Positions 55,558 to 64,000 of a stretch of DNA of 64,000 bases are shown piece by piece (position 1 is the first letter of the stretch; every line of letters begins with the position of its first letter). Origin of the DNA: a virus (taxonomy: Duplodnaviria > Caudoviricetes). The stretch is taken from the IMG/VR virus record IMGVR_UViG_3300035520_001075, positions 1-64,000 of that record; one strand, 5' to 3'. The notes beneath the pieces are model-generated. The model had not been told where the DNA came from and did not search any database. It worked only from the letters and a program-made list of their open reading frames with translations. The position numbers and the translations under genes are program-made.

Positions 55558-56457
55558 ATGGGAGAAAATGGTTTAACAGTAGCAGATGCTTTGGCTCTGC
55601 AGAACAAAGATAGTAATTCAAATGATGGTAATGCCTTTGGTGCAAATGGTGCTTGGTGGGTAATTATCTTAATTCTTTTCTTCGCTTTTGCTGGATGGGG
55701 AAGCAATAGAGGAGGAAATGGAAACGAAGGAACAAATACTGTAGTAATTCCTGCAAATATAGGTGGTAATAATGGTTATAATGCTTGTTGCACACCAGCA
55801 ACTCAGCAGGGAGTTGTAGATGAATTTAATTTCAATAATTTAAATAATGGAATTCGTGGAGTTCAGAATGGATTGTGTCAGGGCTTCTATACAACAAGCG
55901 GTGAAATTGCTGGACTTGGAACTCAGTTGCAGGCAGCCAGCTATGAAACACAGGGAGCTATAAATCAGAATGCCAATGGAATTAATCAGAATTTAAATTG
56001 TGGATTTAATGGACTCCAGTCAGCAATTGCACAGACAAATTATAATATGAAAGATTGCTGCTGTGAAACAAGAGAATCTATAATGCAGGCCAACTTTAAC
56101 AATCAGGCTAATGCCAATAATATCCAGAACTCAATGCAGCAGGGCTTCTGTGGAGTTCAGAATGGACAGGAAGGATTAAAATATGCTCTTGCTCAATCAA
56201 CTTGTGATATTATAACAAACGCAGATAAGAATACTGATAGAATTATTAATCACTTAGTTCAGTCAGAAATTGATACTCTGAGAACACAATTACAGTCTGC
56301 TAATTTCCAGTTATCACAGCTTTCACAGACAAGCAACATTGTAAACGCATTACAGCCTGTACCTCAGCCAGCATATATAGTACAGAGTCCATATACCTCT
56401 GTACCACTTGGAGGGGCTTTTCCAATAAATGGTAATAATTGCGGCGGATGCTGCTAA
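55558..56457 (+). CDS. membrane-anchored Gly/Asn/Cys-rich coiled-coil protein
   Basis: Hydrophobic WWVIILILFFAFAGWG segment; CC, CCCET and C-terminal CGGCC motifs. Confidence 0.8.
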   Translation: MGENGLTVADALALQNKDSNSNDGNAFGANGAWWVIILILFFAFAGWGSNRGGNGNEGTNTVVIPANIGGNNGYNACCTPATQQGVVDEFNFNNLNNGIRGVQNGLCQGFYTTSGEIAGLGTQLQAASYETQGAINQNANGINQNLNCGFNGLQSAIAQTNYNMKDCCCETRESIMQANFNNQANANNIQNSMQQGFCGVQNGQEGLKYALAQSTCDIITNADKNTDRIINHLVQSEIDTLRTQLQSANFQLSQLSQTSNIVNALQPVPQPAYIVQSPYTSVPLGGAFPINGNNCGGCC

Positions 56458-56477
56458 CTAAAAAGAGATGAGAAATT

Positions 56478-56906
56478 ATGAGTTGTTCAGCATCAAATAA
56501 ATTATGTGAGCATTTAGTAATCTCTCAATCTGTTGCCTTTACTAATAATCAGTTAGTAATCAATATTCCTGCAGGAAGTTATGAAGATGACGAAAAATAT
56601 TGTATTATAGTAGGTCAATCAATTCCTGCTACTACAACAATTGCCGCTAATGTAGTAATTACAATAGGAAGTGGAACAACTACTTATCCATTAGTTAATA
56701 ATGATTGTACAAATGTTAGTGCGTGCCAGATTAGCAGTCGTACAAGATACTCAGTAAGAGTCCACACAAATATCCAATCAGGAGTATTCAAATTAATAGG
56801 AAGAGCTAATTGTACCCAGTGTGGTTCTACAATTGCGGCACTTCCTATTACAAAGGCGGCTACGGCTATAACAGATTCAGAGCAAGGAGATGAAGAAGAT
56901 GCATAA
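56478..56906 (+). CDS. Cys-containing beta-rich hypothetical protein
   Basis: 142-aa ORF in the same operon. Confidence 0.75.
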   Translation: MSCSASNKLCEHLVISQSVAFTNNQLVINIPAGSYEDDEKYCIIVGQSIPATTTIAANVVITIGSGTTTYPLVNNDCTNVSACQISSRTRYSVRVHTNIQSGVFKLIGRANCTQCGSTIAALPITKAATAITDSEQGDEEDA

Positions 56907-57231
56907 GTTAGAAGAACGAGTTTCTAAAGAACTTGAAAACATTGCAGAAAGAGGTTTAACTTCTACAAATCTTGATACCACTTTTAAGCTAATTGATATT
57001 TATAAAGATATTAAAGAGGCCTGTTATTATGAGTTAAAGGCGAAGAAAATGGAGAATTGGGTAGAAAGTGAGGAAAAAGAGGAGCATTTCTTAACAGAAA
57101 CTCATGATGAATATATTAATAAAATAATGGATTATATTGATAAGTTAATTTATGAGCTTTATAATTATACTGGAACTAAGGAGGAGAAAAATATAATTAA
57201 AAGACACATCGAGAAACTTAAATCAATGTAA
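56899..57231 (+). CDS. hypothetical protein
   Basis: C-terminal part of track ORF 56890-57231; start uncertain (56890 or 56899). Confidence 0.7.
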   Translation: MHKLEERVSKELENIAERGLTSTNLDTTFKLIDIYKDIKEACYYELKAKKMENWVESEEKEEHFLTETHDEYINKIMDYIDKLIYELYNYTGTKEEKNIIKRHIEKLKSM

Positions 57232-57235
57232 AAGA

Positions 57236-57269
57236 AAAGAGAGTAGAAAATTAATTCTACTCTCTTTTT
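57236..57269. terminator. bidirectional terminator between convergent modules
   Basis: AAAAGAGAGTAGAA/TTCTACTCTCTTTT inverted repeat with A- and T-runs at the strand switch. Confidence 0.8.
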
Positions 57270-57994
57270 TAGAACTCAATTATTTGTTGTGAAGAATTCT
57301 CATAAACTGCCCATCTTCCTATTAGTATTGCATCTGCAGTATCATTATCAACGCTAATATCATAATACTTTTTAACTTTAAGTTGTGCATTTACTTTCTT
57401 ATCGTTTCTTGTTTTACCTTTAATTTCATTATAAGCCCTCCAAGTCGCTGAAGAAACTACTTTATAAGGCATTCCAATTTCATAAAGATAATTTTTAAGA
57501 ACTCCTTGTAAATGAGCAAGTTTTTTAAAAGTAATAACTCCTTCTGAATTCTCTCCAAATTTTTGAAGTTGAATATCTTCAAGTATAACTAAATCAGGGC
57601 CATATTTTTCTATTTGAGAAATAAACCAGTATTTAGTCTAAGCAATTCTTTCTGTACTGCGGCTTCCGTTAGAACTCCATTTACCATGCCCAATTAAATT
57701 TCCGTCTTCAAACAAAGACCAGCCGCTTGTAATAGAAGCTTGGTCAAAAGCAAGAATTCTAAAGCCATTTTTCTTAGAGGGAGTATGAACTCCTTGAAAG
57801 TATGGATTGGTTTTACAAGTTGGACACTGATAATTTTTTCTACGAAATTTTTCTAAAGAACAGAAACAAATATGACCTTCTGGGCATTTTATTTCCAAAT
57901 CTGATTTTAAGTTAGAATATTCGGTTGACAGTAATTGCCAACCGTTTTTTTCTACCTCTTCTCTTATCTCTTTTATATCAATTTTCTTTCCCAA
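57269..57994 (-). CDS. RuvC-like Holliday junction resolvase with N-terminal Zn ribbon, ~241 aa
   Basis: ILAFDQAS..SGW, VILEDIQ and DTADAILIG catalytic motifs become one ORF when TAG 57638-57640 is read through; N-terminal CPEGH...CPTC. Confidence 0.85.
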
Positions 57995-57996
57995 GA

Positions 57997-58788
57997 TTAT
58001 TCTCCGCTACTTCCAAAGCCGCCTTCTCCTCTATCAGTATCATCAAGTTCTTCAACTTCTTCCCAAGTAATCATTGGAGATTTAGCGAGAATTAACTGGG
58101 CAATTCTGTCTCCTTTATTAATTATCTGAGAAAGATTTCCAGTATTTTCCATTATAATTCCAACCTCTCCACGGTATGCACTATCAATTGTTCCCGTAGA
58201 ATTGGCAATTCTAAGAGAAGTTTTAAGTGAAAGTCCTGAACGAGGACGTACCTGAATTTCATAGCCTACTGGAATGGCAATCTTAATTCCTGTTTTAATA
58301 ACCTGCGTTGTATGAGGTTTAAGAGTTGTTGTTTCCAAAGCAAATACGTCAGCACCAGCATCACTGTCATGAGCGTACTTAGGAATTATAGCATCTTCAC
58401 TAAGCTTCTGAATTTTTATTTTAACTTTTTCTCTTGGATTTTTATAAAGGTCATAGATTGAAAGAACTGTATTTTCAATTATAAGGCTGAGAAATTCTTT
58501 TTTATTATCAGAAATACTATCATCTTTTTTAATTTCTTCCAAGAAGTCCTTAATTCCTTTTGACTCTTCTTCAAAATTCTTAATTGGATTTGTTTCAAGA
58601 GTTTTAAGTATTTCGTCCTGAAAAGCTTTTGAGCTAAACACATCAAGTATCTTTTCTTTAAAAGAAGGATACATTGCATCAAACTGTTCATCAGGTAGTT
58701 CCAGAATCTGAGTAAACTGTTCCGCTGTATCTGCATTACTATTCTTTTCTAAAATTTCACTAATCTGTTCTTTAATTTCTTTATTCAT
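57997..58788 (-). CDS. dut: trimeric-type dUTPase with ~120-aa N-terminal extension
   Basis: Motifs AGADV, RPRSGL, GTIDSAYRGE, GDRIAQL and RGEGGFGSSG. Confidence 0.92.
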   Translation of the reverse strand: MNKEIKEQISEILEKNSNADTAEQFTQILELPDEQFDAMYPSFKEKILDVFSSKAFQDEILKTLETNPIKNFEEESKGIKDFLEEIKKDDSISDNKKEFLSLIIENTVLSIYDLYKNPREKVKIKIQKLSEDAIIPKYAHDSDAGADVFALETTTLKPHTTQVIKTGIKIAIPVGYEIQVRPRSGLSLKTSLRIANSTGTIDSAYRGEVGIIMENTGNLSQIINKGDRIAQLILAKSPMITWEEVEELDDTDRGEGGFGSSGE

Positions 58789-59560
58789 TATTATCTTCAC
58801 TCCTATTTTCTTCAATTATTATTTCTTCATTTTCTTCTTCAAACAAATCATCAATTGTATTAATAACTTTATCAATGACTCCAAAATTTAAAGCTTCTGT
58901 GCAATTAAGACACCAGTCGTCTTTAAAATGCTTATCATATTCTTCTGCACTAATCTTTGTATGATTTATCGTCACGCTTTTTAAACTATCAAGTTGTGCT
59001 CTATAAAAATCAACTCTTTGGAGAAATTTATGAGCATCACCCATATCTCCTGAAGAACCCTCATGGAAGAGGAAAGTACTATAAGGAAAAGCAAATCTCT
59101 TAGTTCCGCAAATTCCAATAAAGAAGCCGCCACTATAACTTGTTCCAGTTGTTATTGTATAAATTGGCGTTGTCGACGTTTCCATTGCTCCTATTATACT
59201 GAATACTGCTTCAAGTTCTCCGCCTGGCGAGTTAATAAACATTTTAATTGGCACTCTTGCTTCTTTTGGAATATTGTTAATATTATCAATTCTATTCCAA
59301 AAATAAATTAATTCTGTTATCTGATTTGCCATTAGAGAAGTAATTTCTTCTGATACATAAAGATGTCTTTCATAGAAATCAAATGTTCCTATCGTAGCTT
59401 CTACATCTACTTGTTTATCAGGATTTGTTAGTTCATCAAGAATATCTTCGCCGCAACTCATACAAGCTTTATCATAGAAATTCTCAACTGTTTGTAGAAA
59501 TTCTTCTTTTGTTTTCATCGTTCCATCATCATTATAAATTGTAATTAGTTCTTCATTCAT
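58781..59560 (-). CDS. ClpP-like protease subunit
   Basis: PIKMFINSPGG, SYSGG (Ser), FLFHEG (His), DDW and EALNFGVIDKV motifs. Confidence 0.85.
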   Translation of the reverse strand: MNEELITIYNDDGTMKTKEEFLQTVENFYDKACMSCGEDILDELTNPDKQVDVEATIGTFDFYERHLYVSEEITSLMANQITELIYFWNRIDNINNIPKEARVPIKMFINSPGGELEAVFSIIGAMETSTTPIYTITTGTSYSGGFFIGICGTKRFAFPYSTFLFHEGSSGDMGDAHKFLQRVDFYRAQLDSLKSVTINHTKISAEEYDKHFKDDWCLNCTEALNFGVIDKVINTIDDLFEEENEEIIIEENRSEDNNE

Positions 59561-59738
59561 TCATTAAATCCTCCAAATGTGATTTTTCTTTTTCTAAGAA
59601 TACTATTTCGTCAATGAGTTCGCTTAATCTTGGATTTAAAACAAAAATATCAAGCTTAATTTTTTCAAGTTCATTTTTTCTTTCTTTAAGGTCAAAGCAA
59701 GTTTTATCATAAACTGATTTAATATCTTCACTACCCAT
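59553..59738 (-). CDS. small hypothetical protein
   Basis: RBS AGGAGG, start MGSEDIK. Confidence 0.65.
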   Translation of the reverse strand: MGSEDIKSVYDKTCFDLKERKNELEKIKLDIFVLNPRLSELIDEIVFLEKEKSHLEDLMNE

Positions 59739-59773
59739 TTTATTTCCCTCCTTTTTTCTCATTTACTATAATA

Positions 59774-59802
59774 ATTATAACACAATTTGTATTAAAAGTC
59801 AA
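59774..59802 (-). promoter_or_regulatory. sigmaA-type promoter for the ClpP-like/dut/RuvC cluster
   Basis: Minus-strand TTGACT-N17-TATAAT with extended -10 TG. Confidence 0.75.
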
Positions 59803-60730
59803 TACTTTTACTTTCAAAAGTTAATGGATTTTGCTTTAATAATAGTCTAATTTCACTATCGCTTTTATTCATTAGAGAAATAGCCTTGCTATCTTCTTTA
59901 TAGAAATTATAGTAAGATAACTGCGAATCTGAGTAATACCATTTAAAAATTTTATTAGATAGTTCATCTTGGACTTTGTAATCTTTAGATAATTTAAGTT
60001 GTTGGCGGCCGCCTATTTTTTTGAGATAAATTATTGTTTTTAAATCTTTTATAGGATGGCCGCCTTTGTAGAGAATTTTAATCGGTTTATCAATATTATT
60101 GATAATGAATGAACTATCATAATCAAAATCAGCTATTAATTCTCTATTCTTAAATGATTTAGAATAATAAGCAAAATCCTCGCATAGTTGTTGGTCTGAG
60201 AAAATTAAAGGATACAAGAAAATGAATTTGTGATTTTCATGATAATCTCTTAAAAAGTCTAATGCATTTGATTGTTCTATAAAATTATAGTCTGCAATAT
60301 AAATATCTTTTCTCTCTGGTTTAAAACCGCTAAAATCATTTGTTCCAACTCTTATATAAGAATTTTTCTGCATTTTATCTAAAAGTTTTTTATCTGCTAA
60401 TCTTTCCGTAAATGCTACATAAGGGAGATATGAAGGAGGGATTGCCGCAATTTCAGGAATTAAATTTGGATTTTTATGATAGAAGTTATACCCTAAGCAA
60501 TCGACTTTTTTATCACCTAAATCAATTTTAATTTTCTTATTAATTAAAGTATTTGGTTTCTCTTTGAAGACAAATACTTTATTAAAACGTTCAATACTAT
60601 CTTGCGGCCGAAGCATAGCCACGACATGATTATTCTAATAACAATAATTATAAATCTTCATTAATTCTAAATTGGGGTAGTTCTTTCCGCCACCCCATAG
60701 GTCTAAATCTAAAAAACCGTATGAACTCAT
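59792..60730 (-). CDS. hypothetical protein, ~312 aa with one internal TAG
   Basis: RBS AGGAGG, start MSSYGFLDLD...NYPNLELMKIYNYCY(TAG)NNHVVAML, continuing into track ORF 59792-60622. Confidence 0.72.
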
Positions 60731-60744
60731 TTACTCCCTCCTTT

Positions 60745-63700
60745 TTATTCATCAATTTCTATTCTTTCTATTGCACTTGACTTAATATAGCCATTTTCGT
60801 CAATCTCTTCTATTTTTTCAAAGAGCGGCCATTCTGTATTTTTATATTTCTTTGGAACAAAAGTGTCTCCACGTCTTATTCCTGTTATAATTAATTTTGT
60901 ACCTTTTGTAAACCAAGACTTTTCAATAACGTGTTTTACTCCGTTATTATCTCTTTGAGAAATTTGTTTATCCCAAACAGCGTATTGATTCTTCCAAATT
61001 TTTACTGTGATAACTGAACCGTCTACTGTAAGAAGAATAATTTGACTTTTATTTTTATCTTTGTCAATTACCGTTCCTGCTATTCTATTTAATTGGAAAA
61101 TATTAATTTCAGTTCCTTCTTTTGTTTCAAATGAACGTTCAATTTCTGGCTCTGGATTTAAACAGCTAAAATTTGAGATTCCATAGGCATTATATTTAAT
61201 TTTTGCTAATTCATGTGGGTGATAGTAAAAGCTAAGGCTTTCCATTTCCCACTGGGATATTGAGCCGCCTGCATACTTTTGATAGGTTTCGTCCAATAAT
61301 GAAGAATTGAGTTTGTTGAGAATTTCTTCTTGATTATCCTTAAACCATTCTCTTATTTTATCCATTCCTTTTTTATAGATATTATCCCAAATATTTTGCT
61401 TAATTGATGCACTTTGATTATTGCCAACATTAACATCTTCTAATAAACTATCATCATAATTTTCATTAAAGAAATTTAAAGCAATCTCATCTAGAATATA
61501 ATATTGACCTTTCTTAAAAGATTTTAAGTACTTATTAAAATTAAATAATCTTTTTTCATAATCAAACTCTTGCGGTAAAAGATTTTTATCAATTAACATC
61601 TGCATATTTTGTAAGGTAATTCTTTTCTTTTTATCACTAACAGTATCTAAATATTTCTCCATTATTTTAACTCTATTGCCATTATAGAGATTATCAAAAG
61701 CTCCCGACTTAATTAAACTAATCATTTGGATTTTATTAATTTTTACTTTGGATAGAAAGTCTTCTAAAGAAGTGTAAGGTCTGTTATCAAAAATTTCATA
61801 AACTAATTGAGTCCCAATTCTTGTGATACCTTTCATTCCATAAATTATCGCATTATCTTTTATTGAAGGAATGAATATTAAATCTGATTTATTTATATCT
61901 GGTGGGAGAACTTTAATTCCTTTTGAGATTGATTCACCTATTGCTGCGGCGATTTTGCCATAATTAACAGTTTTATTCCTTTTCTTTTCATCATTATCTT
62001 CATCATTAAAATCAGATTCTAATAAATCTGAACCACCTGCGTTGACTATTAAACAAGCACAATTCCAATAAATTTCAGGAAAATTTGTTGCTAAGTATAA
62101 GGTTTGAATGCCTACAAACGAATAAGCCAAACCATGCGTATGAAATATAAAATTTCATTACTGACTATTTTTTAAACGTTTTACAATGATGACTAATTCA
62201 TTAACGTTTACACTATTTCCAGTTATGTATCAATAATAACTGTACTTCTCATCTCACTGAGAATAGTCGATACAATATTTTTAAGACAGAGTACCTAAGA
62301 TTTTTTGATTTTTTTCTTTATTTTTGTTTAGAGGATAATATAAATTTTTATCAACCCTACTTTTACCACTATTAATTTTTTTTATAGTTGAATAACAAAT
62401 ATTATATTTTTTAGAAATCTCTAATAAAGTCATATTTGAAAAAATAATATCATATTTACATTTTTTTGACCAACTATCTTTACTCCTATCATATAAGGGA
62501 TAATTATTATTTGGGTTAAACCATTTATCTCCTTTATTAATCTGAGATAAATAACTTCGTGAGATATGATATTCTTTTGCTATTTCAGTTAAAGAACGAG
62601 AAGTCTTTAGTTCTTCAATTATTTTTTCTTTTAATTCTTTACTATATTTTCTACTTTTTGAACCTTTTAATAAAGGATAATTTAAGTCTTCTCTTTTAAA
62701 ATTCCAACCAGTATTGATATTTTGAAGAAAACTATCTTTTAAAAAGGGATATTTTTTCTGAATTTCAAAATATTGATATTTTTCACATAACATTCTCTGA
62801 ATGTCTCTAACTTGTTCTTCATTTAAAATTTTTGACGCTTTACAACATTCTTCAAAAGTTTTCTTTGGCTTCGCGCAACCATCACCACCAACTGTAAGAT
62901 TATATCCATTTTGTGTGGTTAATGTCTTAAAATAATCTATAAAGAATATTTCTCTTTCATTTAAATAATCTCTACCCATTTCATCAGGAATTTCTTCTAT
63001 AATTTCAAATTTAAAATTTTCCCATCCATATTTTCTAATTGCATTATGAAAAGGGAGTTTATAACTATGACTTTTAGTATTATAACTATCTGATTTATGG
63101 CCTCTTTTTCTTTTTTCAATATTGTTAGTTTGGCCTATATATGATTTGGAATTTATTTTATTAGTAAATTTATATATATAAAGCATAATTTCACCTCCTT
63201 TTCTTAGTTAAATTTAGTCTGTCTTAAATTTATCACGAGATTTTACCCTCGTTAGCCATATAATTTATCTTTAGTCCTCAGATAAAATATTTTATATAAC
63301 CTCATTGATAAAATGATTAAGTGTATTAACCCCATTACAAGGTTTTGCAAACGCGTATGACATTTGAGGCATCATAACTGTTTCCCAAACATATTCTCCC
63401 ATCGCTACAGTCGGGCATTGAGAAATAAATTTTTTTCTTAATTCTGGAACTTTTTTTACTTGTTTTTTGGAGACAATTTTTCTGGCTACATTTGATTCGG
63501 CTAAAGTAAAATGTGCTACATTTTTATCCATACAAATTAACATCAAATCCTCTTGGCTAGCTGGTACACCAAAATTAGGAAGATAATATGGTTCTAATAT
63601 CTTTATTTCTTCTTCTGTTAATCCAGCATCTCTTACTTCTTGATACCATAAATCCATATTGTTTTTTAATCTACAATATCTGTCGAGAGGACGTTCTTTT

Positions 63701-64000
63701 CCTTTTTCACCCATTAATCTCATCAAGCAATTTGCAGAAGTTAATTGAGTTGGATTAATTGGTTTAATTTTTTTTGCAGTATCTAAGCCAACTCCTGTTG
63801 AAAATTGAAATACATCTAAAACAGAGCCTGCGGCCAAAGCGTTCCAAAGTTTTTCGTCTTTTGTGTTTAAAACTGCTGGGTGAAGATATTTATTGTAAAT
63901 TTGTCTTAATGTTAACTCTTTTTCAAAATAATTATCTTTTTGTAAAAGCTCAATACAAGTTGTAATTTTATTACAAACTTCCGTCACCAAAAAGTCAAAC
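60745..64000 (-). CDS. dnaE: DNA polymerase III alpha subunit, 5'-truncated by the window edge, spliced (exons >64000-63340 and 62136-60745)
   Basis: DVFQFS, QEDLM, VLPPDINKS and LIKSGAFD motifs; splicing gives SYAFAKP|HGLAYS, matching the DnaE YxFxKxH..AY motif. Confidence 0.92.
62137..63339 (-). mobile_element. group I intron in dnaE (1203 nt)
   Basis: Minus strand: exon end AACCU pairs with GGGUU just inside the intron; TATCGACTATT / AATAGTC P7 strands lie after the ORF; terminal G precedes the His codon. Confidence 0.88.
62281..63186 (-). CDS. GIY-YIG homing endonuclease
   Basis: YIYKFTNKINSKSYIGQT...R...H...AIRKYG...NERE...GYN motif plus HTH-like repeats; RBS AGGAGG; lies inside the dnaE intron. 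Confidence 0.92.
   Translation of the reverse strand: MLYIYKFTNKINSKSYIGQTNNIEKRKRGHKSDSYNTKSHSYKLPFHNAIRKYGWENFKFEIIEEIPDEMGRDYLNEREIFFIDYFKTLTTQNGYNLTVGGDGCAKPKKTFEECCKASKILNEEQVRDIQRMLCEKYQYFEIQKKYPFLKDSFLQNINTGWNFKREDLNYPLLKGSKSRKYSKELKEKIIEELKTSRSLTEIAKEYHISRSYLSQINKGDKWFNPNNNYPLYDRSKDSWSKKCKYDIIFSNMTLLEISKKYNICYSTIKKINSGKSRVDKNLYYPLNKNKEKNQKILGTLS

Noticed and set aside
5017-63965. Short antisense and alternate-frame track ORFs (e.g. 5017-5205, 6033-6281, 14579-14905, 27096-27332, 38591-38878, 59063-59311, 63774-63965)
   Set aside because: They lie wholly within well-supported longer genes and lack an RBS; shadow ORFs.
1-64000. Suppressor tRNA-CUA or other tRNA genes
   Set aside because: No cloverleaf with a T-loop motif was recognised in the intergenic gaps; a tRNA scan is needed to be certain.

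Overview
This AT-rich window is the structural module and part of the replication module of a large tailed phage. It is probably a long-tailed siphovirus of a Firmicute host (inferred from GGAGG RBSs, TTGACT-N17-TATAAT promoters and no visible sheath gene). Two layers of hidden coding make the supplied ORF track misleading. (1) TAG is read as a sense codon, most likely Gln (genetic code 15); this joins dozens of fragments into full terminase, neck, tail, hydrolase and RuvC genes, all ending in TAA or TGA. (2) Eleven group I introns are present: one in a tail-tube paralog, one in DNA polymerase III alpha, and nine in a 7-kb stretch of the tape measure gene. The nine are separated by exons as short as 9, 12, 17, 18 and 21 nt. 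Splicing at sites predicted from P1/IGS pairing and a terminal G restores a continuous ~2626-aa tape measure protein. Five introns carry ORFs (2 GIY-YIG, 2 tandem-HNH, 1 Zn-ribbon repeat). Also notable: five tandem tail-tube-like paralogs with large variable inserts, extreme enrichment of the palindrome GCGGCCGC, apparent GATC avoidance, and a structured non-coding region upstream of the packaging genes. All calls were made by eye; no database searches or folding programs were run.
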